Position numbers and translations under genes: made by a program. DNA of 64,000 nt from NCBI GenBank assembly GCA_050247255.1, contig JBFWUM010000001.1:30653-94652 (forward strand), in the 5' to 3' direction. The notes beneath the pieces are model-generated. The model was not told the DNA's origin and did not search any database. It saw nothing but the letters and a program-made list of their open reading frames with translations. Shown here piece after piece: positions 19,101 to 26,467 of the stretch. The DNA is from Vicinamibacterales bacterium (GTDB taxonomy: Bacteria; Acidobacteriota; Vicinamibacteria; Vicinamibacterales; UBA2999). Positions within the stretch are counted from its first letter, which is position 1. Every line of letters starts with the position of its first letter.

Positions 19101-22100
19101 CGTTGACCGACGTCACCGTGACCGTCACCGTCGCCGTGCGGCTCTCCGTGCCGTCGCTGATGGTGTAGGTGAACGTGACGGTGCCGCTGAAGTTGGCGGC
19201 CGGCTCCAGGCGCACGGTGCCGTTGGTGTTGATGGTCACGGCGCCGCCGCTTGCCGGCTGCGTCACCGCGGTGACCGAGAGGCTGTCATCGTCCGGGTCG
19301 CTGTCGTTGGCCCTGACGTCGATGTCGAGCGGCGTGTCCTCCGGCGTCGTCGCGGTGTCGTCCACCGCCACGGGCGGGTCGTTGACCGGCGTCACTGTGA
19401 CGGTGACCGTCGCCGTGGCGCGGTCATCGTCCGGATCGGCGAGGGTGTAGGTGAACGACGCGGTGCCGCTGTAGTTGGCAGCCGGCGTGAAGGTAATCGT
19501 GTTGTCCGAGACCGAGATGCTGCCTGCGGCCGTCGGCGGCGGCGTCGTGGCCACGATCGTGGCCGTCCCATCCGGGCTGCCGTCGTTGTCGAGCACGTCG
19601 ATCGTAACCGCGGTGTCCTCAGCGGTTGTCGCGCTGTCGTTGACGGCCGTCGGCAGGTCGTCGATCGGCCGCACCGTGACCGTGACGGTGGCGGTGTCCG
19701 TGTCGCCGTCCGCGTCGGTGATCGTGTAGCTGAAGGTCGCCGTGCCGAAGAAGTTGGCGGCGGGGGTGAACAGGATCGCCCCGCCCTGGATGGCCGCGGT
19801 GCCGTGTGCAGCCGGCGGCGCAGTGATGCCGGTCAGCGTGAAGTCGTCGCCGTCCGGGTGCGTGTCGTTCGCCGTCACCGCGATGGTGGCCGCGGTCTCT
19901 TCGTCAGTCGCCGCGCTGTCGTCCACCGCGTTCGGCGGGTCGTCGACGGGCGTGACGGTGACGAAGACGGTGGCGCCGTCGGTCAGGTTGGAGCCGTTAC
20001 GGATGTCGTAGGTGAACGTATCCTCGCCGAAGAAGTTCGTGGCCGGCGTGTAGCGCAAGGTGCCGTCCGGATTCTGGGTGACGGTGCCGCGGCCCTGCGT
20101 GAAGGAGACGACGCTCAGCGCATCACCGTCAGGGTTGGCGTCGTTCAGCAGGACGGCGACGTCGATCGGCGTTTCTTCCGGCGTCGTGACGAAATCGTGG
20201 CTGGCGTTCGGCGGGTCGACGGCGCCGGTCACCGTGATCGTCACGGTGCCGATGGCCGTCAGCCCGCCGCTGTCGCGCACCCGGTAGGTCAGGGAATCGG
20301 CGCCGGTGTAGTCGGCTGCTGGCGTATAGAGAATCGTGTTGCCGCTGATCTCGGCCCGGCCGTGCTGCGGCGCCTGCACGATCGCCACCAGTTCGAGCGT
20401 GTCGCCGTCATCCGGGTCGGAATCGTTGCCGAGCACCAGCACGCTGCCCGGCGTGTCCTCCGCGACGGTCAGGGTGTCGCTGGCACCGACCGGCGGCCGG
20501 TTCAGCACATAGGTTGCCGTGCGGACGGTCTCGGCGTTGGTGGCCCAGTCTGTCCCGAAGAAGGTGACGGTCGTCGAGCCGCCGGCCGTCAGCACCAGCG
20601 TGGTGCTGCTCCCGGACACGACCACCTGGCTGCTGCACGCGGCAGGGGCATCCGGCGCGTCGCACGCGGCGCCCGACAGCTGATAGCGCACGTTGCGGAC
20701 GCCCGACATCGGGTCGGCGCCGCCCAGCGTCACCGTGAGTGGGCCGACATAGGTGCCGCTCGCCGGCGAAGCCGTCGTTTGCGGCGCCGTCTTGTCGATG
20801 GCGACGACCGGCGAGAAGACGGTGGCCGTGTTGCCGACCAGGTCGGTCAGCGTCACCTGCACGCGCTGGTCCATGCCTTCAGCGGTGAACGTCGCGCTCG
20901 ACGCGAGCACCGACGCGCCGGCCGGCGGTGTGCTGGCCTCGACCATCGTGACGCTCGTCGGTGTCTGGGTGTCGGTCTTCACCGCCGTCAGCGTGACGTC
21001 GGTCTTCCACCAGCGGCGGTCGTTCGGGTCCGTGCCGACGTGGGCTGGTGCCTCGAACGTGACCGTCGGCGGCTCCAGGTCGAGCCAGAAGGCGAGCTGC
21101 TGCTCGCCGCTGGGATTGCCGTAGCCGTCCCACGCCTGGAAGACGATCGTGTGCCGGCCCGATTCCGTCAGGCTGATCAGTGCGCTGCCGCCGCCGACTT
21201 TCGTTTCACCGTCGATGTCGACCGGCGCCGTCGGATTGGCTTCGTTCGGCGTGAACACCACGGTGTGCGTCCCGGGCTGACGCGCCTCTTCTGGCCCAAT
21301 GAAGCGATAGGTGATGCGGCTGATACCCGACGATTCCGCGCTGCCGCCCCCGGGCGAGGGGTCAGACGCGATCAGGTTGATGCGGCCGTCCCCGTAGATC
21401 GGCTCGCTGTTGTACGAGTATTCGGTGCCCAGCGGGTCGGCGGTCACAACCGGCGGATTCTGCTCGCACGACTGGCAGACGATCGGGACCGTGACCGTCT
21501 TCGTCGCCGCCGCCGTCGCGTTCACGCCGTTGACCGGGTTCCCCTCCGCGCCGATGGTGAACACCATGTCGGCGGCCGAGGAGTCGAGCGCCTTGAACCG
21601 GAACTTGTAGGTGAGCACCTGCCCCTGCTGCAGATCGGCTTCGGGCAGCGGCCCGGTCACCGCCTCGGCGATCGGCACGCTGATCGGCAGCGAGTTGGCG
21701 TCCACCGGCTGGGCAGGCCCCGTCCACGACAACGTCGGCTCGACATCCAGAACAGTCGCCTTCAGCGGCGGCACGACGATGCTGTAGGTGACGTAGAAGT
21801 CCTCGTTCGGGCGGACGCTGGTCGTCGATCCGCCCGAGTCGGCCGGTGCCCACGTCTGGTCGAACACCGCCAGCGCCGGGATATCGAACATCTGCACTTT
21901 GTCGAGGCCGGGGACGACGACGAAGTATCGGCCGACCTGGTCCTGCGCCACTGCGCGCGGGAAGCCGGCGAGCCCCCCCTCGGACCGCAGCCGGAACGCG
22001 AACTCCGCTTCCGGTTCCGCCGCTTCGAGGTTGACCTCGAAGACCGAGATCTCCTGGTCGCGGTGGTTGGCGATGACCAGCCGCTGCCAATCGGGCATTG

Positions 22101-23322
22101 CCGCGCGGGTCACCGGATCCACGACCGGCCGCCGATCGATCACGATCCCGTACGAACCGGTCAGCTCGGTCGTCGCGATGACCCCCGGCTGTCCTTCGGC
22201 ACAGTCCGCATGGGGACCGTTGGCCGGATCGGGATTGCAGATCATCAGCAGCGGCTCGAGCTGCGCGTCGAAGATCTCGATCTTGTAGTTCGCCGAGTCG
22301 GCCACGAACAGCCGGCCGCTGTCGTCGAACGCCACCTGGTTCGGCATCCAGAAGGAGCCGCGCGGCGACGGCCACTCGGCGTCGACGCCCCACGACGGGT
22401 CGATCAGGTTGGCCGGGTTGCCGAGCGCCTCGACCAGGCAGAACTGCGCGTCATAGACGAGCACCTGGCTCATGCCGTCGCCATCCGTCGCCGGGTGGGA
22501 GGCGTCGAACCAGGGGGTCCAGGTCGTCACCGCGACAGCAGGGGCGCCCGGCACGGTGCACGATGCAGCCGGCTCCTGGATCGTCACGCCGGGAACGACG
22601 GCAATCTGCGACGGCATCGCGCGGTGGCCCCGCACCGCGCCATTGGGCGGAAGGTTCTTGACGAACCAGAAGTCCTCGGCGGCGGTGAACACCGAGAGGC
22701 GGCCGCCGTACTGATCGGCGACGAGCACGTTGCCGGAGGCATCGACGGCGACGCCTTCCGGGAAGAGCAGTTGTCCCTCGGCAATGGGATCCGAGGGCGC
22801 AATGGTCAGCATCCCGTCCGCCGCGATGGCGTTGATGCCGCCGCCGAAGGTCCGCGCGTCCTCGCCGAAGTAATCCCACGAAACGATGCGATGATTCAGT
22901 GTGTCGGCCGCATAGACGCGGTAGGCGCTGAGGCGCGCGGTGTCGGTCTCCGGGCTGTTCTCGAACCCGGCGGTCGGACCCGGATCGAACACGGCCACGC
23001 CGCGGGGGTCGAACAACTGATCGACGCCGATCGGGGCGCCGCCGGGGCACTGCAACGGCGCGCCCAGCCAGCGCAGGGACTCGAGGTGATCGGGGTAGAG
23101 ATCGTCCGGGTCGAACACGTCGTGCCCGAGGCCCGTGTCGCCGGTCACATCCGCCCACTCGCAGTCGCCCGCCGGTTGGCCGAAGGACGGCAGCGTCTGC
23201 CAGATCTGCCCTTCGTCGTCGCGTTCGAATATGCCGGGCGCCTGTTGAGCGGTGACGCCGCCGGCAAAGGCTGCAACGGCGAGCCCGACGAGGACGATGC
23301 GTGAGGTTCGTTTGAATGTCAT
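16162..23322 (-). CDS. Giant secreted adhesin-like protein (2386 aa): NHL propeller, tandem Ig/cadherin-like repeats, He_PIG-like domain
   Basis: Sec signal peptide; NHL motifs (PEGVAVDASGNVLVAD); >10 NxPPxAxDD..VLxND.DPD..FTY repeats; LWPPNH module; TGLPPGLAI; Asn/Gly-rich C-terminus. Confidence 0.9.
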   Translation of the reverse strand: MTFKRTSRIVLVGLAVAAFAGGVTAQQAPGIFERDDEGQIWQTLPSFGQPAGDCEWADVTGDTGLGHDVFDPDDLYPDHLESLRWLGAPLQCPGGAPIGVDQLFDPRGVAVFDPGPTAGFENSPETDTARLSAYRVYAADTLNHRIVSWDYFGEDARTFGGGINAIAADGMLTIAPSDPIAEGQLLFPEGVAVDASGNVLVADQYGGRLSVFTAAEDFWFVKNLPPNGAVRGHRAMPSQIAVVPGVTIQEPAASCTVPGAPAVAVTTWTPWFDASHPATDGDGMSQVLVYDAQFCLVEALGNPANLIDPSWGVDAEWPSPRGSFWMPNQVAFDDSGRLFVADSANYKIEIFDAQLEPLLMICNPDPANGPHADCAEGQPGVIATTELTGSYGIVIDRRPVVDPVTRAAMPDWQRLVIANHRDQEISVFEVNLEAAEPEAEFAFRLRSEGGLAGFPRAVAQDQVGRYFVVVPGLDKVQMFDIPALAVFDQTWAPADSGGSTTSVRPNEDFYVTYSIVVPPLKATVLDVEPTLSWTGPAQPVDANSLPISVPIAEAVTGPLPEADLQQGQVLTYKFRFKALDSSAADMVFTIGAEGNPVNGVNATAAATKTVTVPIVCQSCEQNPPVVTADPLGTEYSYNSEPIYGDGRINLIASDPSPGGGSAESSGISRITYRFIGPEEARQPGTHTVVFTPNEANPTAPVDIDGETKVGGGSALISLTESGRHTIVFQAWDGYGNPSGEQQLAFWLDLEPPTVTFEAPAHVGTDPNDRRWWKTDVTLTAVKTDTQTPTSVTMVEASTPPAGASVLASSATFTAEGMDQRVQVTLTDLVGNTATVFSPVVAIDKTAPQTTASPASGTYVGPLTVTLGGADPMSGVRNVRYQLSGAACDAPDAPAACSSQVVVSGSSTTLVLTAGGSTTVTFFGTDWATNAETVRTATYVLNRPPVGASDTLTVAEDTPGSVLVLGNDSDPDDGDTLELVAIVQAPQHGRAEISGNTILYTPAADYTGADSLTYRVRDSGGLTAIGTVTITVTGAVDPPNASHDFVTTPEETPIDVAVLLNDANPDGDALSVVSFTQGRGTVTQNPDGTLRYTPATNFFGEDTFTYDIRNGSNLTDGATVFVTVTPVDDPPNAVDDSAATDEETAATIAVTANDTHPDGDDFTLTGITAPPAAHGTAAIQGGAILFTPAANFFGTATFSYTITDADGDTDTATVTVTVRPIDDLPTAVNDSATTAEDTAVTIDVLDNDGSPDGTATIVATTPPPTAAGSISVSDNTITFTPAANYSGTASFTYTLADPDDDRATATVTVTVTPVNDPPVAVDDTATTPEDTPLDIDVRANDSDPDDDSLSVTAVTQPASGGAVTINTNGTVRLEPAANFSGTVTFTYTISDGTESRTATVTVTVTSVNDAPTAVNDSYTVVEGQTLVVPAPGVLTNDTDVDDAVLTAARVTSPSRGTLMLLADGGFTYESTLGYTGPVTFTYDAIDGDGLAATATVTITVLSQNAPPICSAATASPSTLWPPNHRRTDEIEIEGITDPDGDGDDLDVVVKYIWQDEPTDTLGDGAFAIDGWGVGDDEARVRRERQGGQNGRVYEIGFEATDENGGSCTGRVFVGVPHDQGNGGAVDSVCRWDSTVANGPLLNACNGGPTNQPPSVSATNQTTVAGTEVQLQIAASDPDEQALTFSATGLPPGLAIAGSTGIISGTPAASGVGTHSVTVTVNDTMGASGSASFTWTITAPNQVPTGAPDSYEATAGDTLEVPAPGVLDNDSDGDDDDLTAVLVSGPANGTLTLNPDGSFSYVAATGFSGSVTFTYRARDENEGESEPVTVTITVAAPLTAVDDQYVASAGTVLNVQTPGVLGNDEVPEGQGQVTVAIVSNPGNGSVVLQTNGAFAYTPPANFGGTTTFTYRITRGSQTSNTATVSIRVNRAPTATADTYTVEGNTTLTVSGEGVLDNDSDPDGGMLTAELAQPASSGTVSLNPDGSFTYTPANGFVGTATFAYRAVDEDEAESASTTVTITVTAGAPTAVADAYETRINTALTTPAPGVLSNDENPGEGSLTAEVVTTPANGTLTLQANGAFTYTPEDGFTGTDTFTYRALRGTAASAAATVTIEVTATPAAGAKIRRETYFNSSSIVDGTVHIMNAVNIQFNGNATLTGDLLMRGMPAITINGTPNYQGTINGSGAATPTNHRVTINSGATVGHVVRRTDPETWPTIANPPTNYGGTRNVQLNNNSQTPGNFATLRDLTINQSGRQVAVPPGTYRTFIANSGSVFILGVAGATEPAVYNFQTLTLNAGSQIQVVGPVIITVRNQMAPTGNIGAAARPDWVTLRVTNGNLKLNNSMSLYGSVFVPTRTVTINGGAQLLGTVLADRLTMNSSGRLTLIP

Positions 23323-23477
23323 CGGCTGTATGTGTTCCCCGCGCGGCGGTGACCGAAGTGAGATCTGGAGTCACTTCCTGTCATGTCGTGGCGGTGATAT
23401 TAAACATCTATATTGTCGGACGGAATGGCTGTGTAGGCCAATCGAATTCAAGAGTATTTAAATCGACTGTCTTGAAA
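23323..23477. promoter_or_regulatory. AT-rich divergent promoter region with TTCAAGA-N16-TCTTGAA inverted repeat
   Basis: Low-GC gap between divergent genes; arms at 23447-23453 and 23470-23476. Confidence 0.4.
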
Positions 23478-24569
23478 ATGAACACACGGCAAGGAACGGC
23501 GTCCACTGACTTTCTCGCCGTGTTAGGAATGGCCGAGTATTCAGCGGCTGGCGAGGCGCTGCTTGCTCGGGCCACGGAAGAGGGCGTCGAGGCTCTCCTG
23601 TCAGCCCAACTATCAGATACGGAAGGGATTACTGGACATCAGCAGAACTGGTGGCGGCTGCAGCGCGCCGCCCTGGTCGCCGCGGATGCGCTCCGCCACG
23701 TCGAACTTCAGCGCCTTGTCACGTCGTGGGGCGCCGCCCCGATCGACACCCTGCTCCTCAAAGGCAGCGGACTGGCCTACACGCTCTACCCGGCACCGTG
23801 GCTGCGGCCGCAATCCGACGTCGACGTGTGGTGCGCGGCGTCGGCCGTGCCGGCCATGCGGGCGTCGCTCGAAGCGCTCGGGTACGCGGACGTGCGCGGC
23901 TGGAACAACGAGGGCAAGCACCAGTTTCACTACCGGCGCACCGACGCGCACGGCATCGCGCGGCTCGTCGAAGTACACCTGCAGATTGCCAATCCCGAAG
24001 TGTTCGCCGGCGTGCTGTCGTTTCCCGCGGCGGCAGCGGCCGCCACGCCGACACCGGGGCTGCCCGGGGGACGCACCCTCGCAGCCTCCCACGCGCTGCT
24101 GCATGCCTGCGTGCATCGCGCCGCGCACCACTTCGGCAGCCGCCGCCTGATCTGGCTGTATGACATCCACCTGCTCGCGGCCCGCCTCTCGGCAGCGGAG
24201 TGGTCGGCGTTCGTCGACGGTGCACGCGCCGGGCGCGTGGCCGCGGTGTGCCGGGATGGACTGGCCGCGGCGGCGTCGGTATACGCGACGTCGATTCCCG
24301 CCGCCGTCGACGCCGCCCTTGGTGCGGCGCGAGACGAACCGACGCGCCGGTTCCTGGCGGCGCCGCGTGAAGTCGACGTTCGGATGTCGACGCTCGGCGC
24401 GCTGCCGACATGGCGCGCGCGGGCCCGCCACGTGCGCGGCTGGCTCGTCCCCCCGGTGGCGTACATGCGGGCTCGCTACGCGATCCGCTATCGAGCACTG
24501 CTGCCGTTCTGGTACGTGTATCGCGTGATCACCCGGCTGCCGTTCTGGTGGCGCCGTTATCGGCCGTGA
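23478..24569 (+). CDS. Nucleotidyltransferase family protein (NTP_transf_5-like); start uncertain (23478 or 23529)
   Basis: LLLKGSGLAYTLYPAPWLRPQSDVD, VEVH, LLHACVH, RLIWLYDI. Confidence 0.85.
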   Translation: MNTRQGTASTDFLAVLGMAEYSAAGEALLARATEEGVEALLSAQLSDTEGITGHQQNWWRLQRAALVAADALRHVELQRLVTSWGAAPIDTLLLKGSGLAYTLYPAPWLRPQSDVDVWCAASAVPAMRASLEALGYADVRGWNNEGKHQFHYRRTDAHGIARLVEVHLQIANPEVFAGVLSFPAAAAAATPTPGLPGGRTLAASHALLHACVHRAAHHFGSRRLIWLYDIHLLAARLSAAEWSAFVDGARAGRVAAVCRDGLAAAASVYATSIPAAVDAALGAARDEPTRRFLAAPREVDVRMSTLGALPTWRARARHVRGWLVPPVAYMRARYAIRYRALLPFWYVYRVITRLPFWWRRYRP

Positions 24570-25126
24570 TGAAGCGCGGGCGCGGCAGCTGCATCGTCCT
24601 CTGCCGTCACTTTGCCAGCAGCGCCGCCTGCGAGCGCATCGCCGCGGCGATGACACTCGGCAGCGCCACCCCCTCGGAAATCGTCGCCGATGGCATGCGG
24701 GTCGACGTCGGTGTCCGCCGTTCGTTCGACATCGAGGTGGATGCCGGGACCCTGCAGTACCTCGCCGACCTGCTGGCGCCGGCCTCGGCCATGGTGGAGC
24801 GCGAACTGGGACTCGCCGGGCTGACATTCGAAGGGCCCGGCTGCCTGCAGTACCCGCCGGGCGCGTTTTACCGGCCGCATCGCGACGTGATGCCGGCGGC
24901 AGCCGGGGCGGAGTGGCCGCGGCGGATCTCGCTGGTCCTGTTCGTCACCGGCGGTCCCGCGGATGGCGTCGAGGGCGGCGAATTGCGGCTCCACCACGCG
25001 GCCGGCGGATGGCGTGACGTCGTGCCCGAGCGCGGCACGCTGGTTGCGTTCCCCGCCGGGATGATCCACGAAGTGCGCCCGGTGCGCGCCGGGCTGCGTC
25101 AGACCGTCGTCGACTGGCTGTCGTGA
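24569..25126 (+). CDS. 2OG-Fe(II) oxygenase (prolyl-4-hydroxylase-like)
   Basis: YPPGAFYRPHRD, EGGEL, HEVRPV, RQTVVDW; start overlaps upstream stop. Confidence 0.85.
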   Translation: MKRGRGSCIVLCRHFASSAACERIAAAMTLGSATPSEIVADGMRVDVGVRRSFDIEVDAGTLQYLADLLAPASAMVERELGLAGLTFEGPGCLQYPPGAFYRPHRDVMPAAAGAEWPRRISLVLFVTGGPADGVEGGELRLHHAAGGWRDVVPERGTLVAFPAGMIHEVRPVRAGLRQTVVDWLS

Positions 25127-26448
25127 GGCCGGTGGCCACGCTCGTAGATCGCGAGCGCGGCGAGGACGGCGGCGAGGAGCAGGTTCGCGGGCGTGTGGAG
25201 GCCGGTGTCCCAGATGCTCTGCATGGCGCCCGCCGCCAGCCCGAGGATCGCGCCGGCCCGCAGCGCGCGCTCGGCACCGCTGGAGGCCCGCAGCGCGCGA
25301 CGTGCCGCGAGGCCGAAGGCCGCGCCGGCCCCGAGGGCGATAGCCAGGAGGACGCCGCCACCTTCGGCGAGCAGCTGCAGCGCTTCGTTGTGCGCATGGT
25401 TGAACAGCACCGTCGTCCCGCGCTGCTGGTACTGGAGCATGGCGTCGGCGAAGGTGCCCGCCCCCGTACCGACAACGGGAAACGCCGCAGCCAGTCGCAG
25501 CGACTCACTCCAGATCACCATCCGGGAGGTCTCGCCTCCCTGGCTCAGCGTGGCCGCAAGCCGCTCGCCAATGCCGGCGCTGTTCAGCCACAACGCGGCG
25601 GCAGCGAGGACCGAGACACCGACCGCCGCGGCGGCCGCGCGCTGGAGCGGGTGGCCGCGGCGCAGCGCGCTGGCGAGCACGACGGCGGCGGCGCCGGCGA
25701 CCAGCCCCGACCGTGACAGCGTGGCCACCAGCGTCAGCCCCAGCAGCGCCACGCTGACCAGCGGCAGTGTCACACCCGGTGCCGAGAAGATGCGCGCCGC
25801 GCGCACACGCCAGGGGAGGTGGTCAAGTCCCGCGGCAATCGTTCGCGCCGTCGCCAGTCCGGCGATGGCCGGCACCGCCAGCACGATCCACGTGGCGAGA
25901 TGGTTGCGATCGACGAACGGTCCGTACGGGCGGGCGCCCTCGGCGTACGGCCGCCACAGCCAGAGCAGCGTCTCCGGAGCTGTCGCGCGCTGCGCGTGCG
26001 TGAGCAGTGCCAGCGCGATACCGGTGACCCCGACCACGCCCACCAGCGAACGACTGCCGCCGTCGCGCAGGGCGTGCCGCGCGGCCCAGAAGGTCAATGC
26101 GCCGGCGATAGCGGCCAGCAGCGCCTGGCGGGTCGCCGCCGGCCGGATCGTCAGCGGCCGCCACTCACCGAGCGGCGCCAACGAGATCGCATCCTGCAGC
26201 GGGATTGCGGCCGGAGAGATGCCGGCGATGACCGTCGCGGGGAGCGGCACCAGCTGCAGCGCGACGACCGCGAGCGCGGCCAGCAGCCAGGCGTCGACGG
26301 CACGGTGCGACCGGTCGCGAAGCGGGGCCGCGCCGGTCAGGAAGAACAGGATGGCGGCGAGGAGGGCAATGGGCAGCTGCGCCCACGCGTAGACGCCGGC
26401 CGCGGCGGCCAGCACCGCGGCAAGGAACAGGCCGATGAGGTGCGGCAT
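25099..26448 (-). CDS. O-antigen ligase (Wzy_C) family membrane protein
   Basis: GPFVDRNH, TLSRSG, GTGAGTF, HAHNEALQLLAEGG. Confidence 0.88.
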   Translation of the reverse strand: MPHLIGLFLAAVLAAAAGVYAWAQLPIALLAAILFFLTGAAPLRDRSHRAVDAWLLAALAVVALQLVPLPATVIAGISPAAIPLQDAISLAPLGEWRPLTIRPAATRQALLAAIAGALTFWAARHALRDGGSRSLVGVVGVTGIALALLTHAQRATAPETLLWLWRPYAEGARPYGPFVDRNHLATWIVLAVPAIAGLATARTIAAGLDHLPWRVRAARIFSAPGVTLPLVSVALLGLTLVATLSRSGLVAGAAAVVLASALRRGHPLQRAAAAAVGVSVLAAAALWLNSAGIGERLAATLSQGGETSRMVIWSESLRLAAAFPVVGTGAGTFADAMLQYQQRGTTVLFNHAHNEALQLLAEGGGVLLAIALGAGAAFGLAARRALRASSGAERALRAGAILGLAAGAMQSIWDTGLHTPANLLLAAVLAALAIYERGHRPHDSQSTTV

Positions 26449-26467
26449 CACCCGGCGCCAGCCGGGG

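Larger units (their letters stand above)
1..19120. repeat. Copy 1 of long direct repeat (period 44,880 bp)
   Basis: Sequence at 1 (gaggccgcgcttcgcgaacg) recurs at 44881; ORFs recur at +44880 with identical translations. Confidence 0.98.

Noticed and set aside
16900-20500. Recurring nucleotide motifs as CRISPR or DNA tandem repeats
   Set aside because: Degenerate coding repeats of Ig-like domains; no identical repeat-spacer structure and no cas genes
19804-23304. 1166-aa plus-strand ORF (also the 750-aa ORF at 16714-18966)
   Set aside because: Antisense shadows of the adhesin: Arg/Gly-rich with no motifs, typical of high-GC DNA
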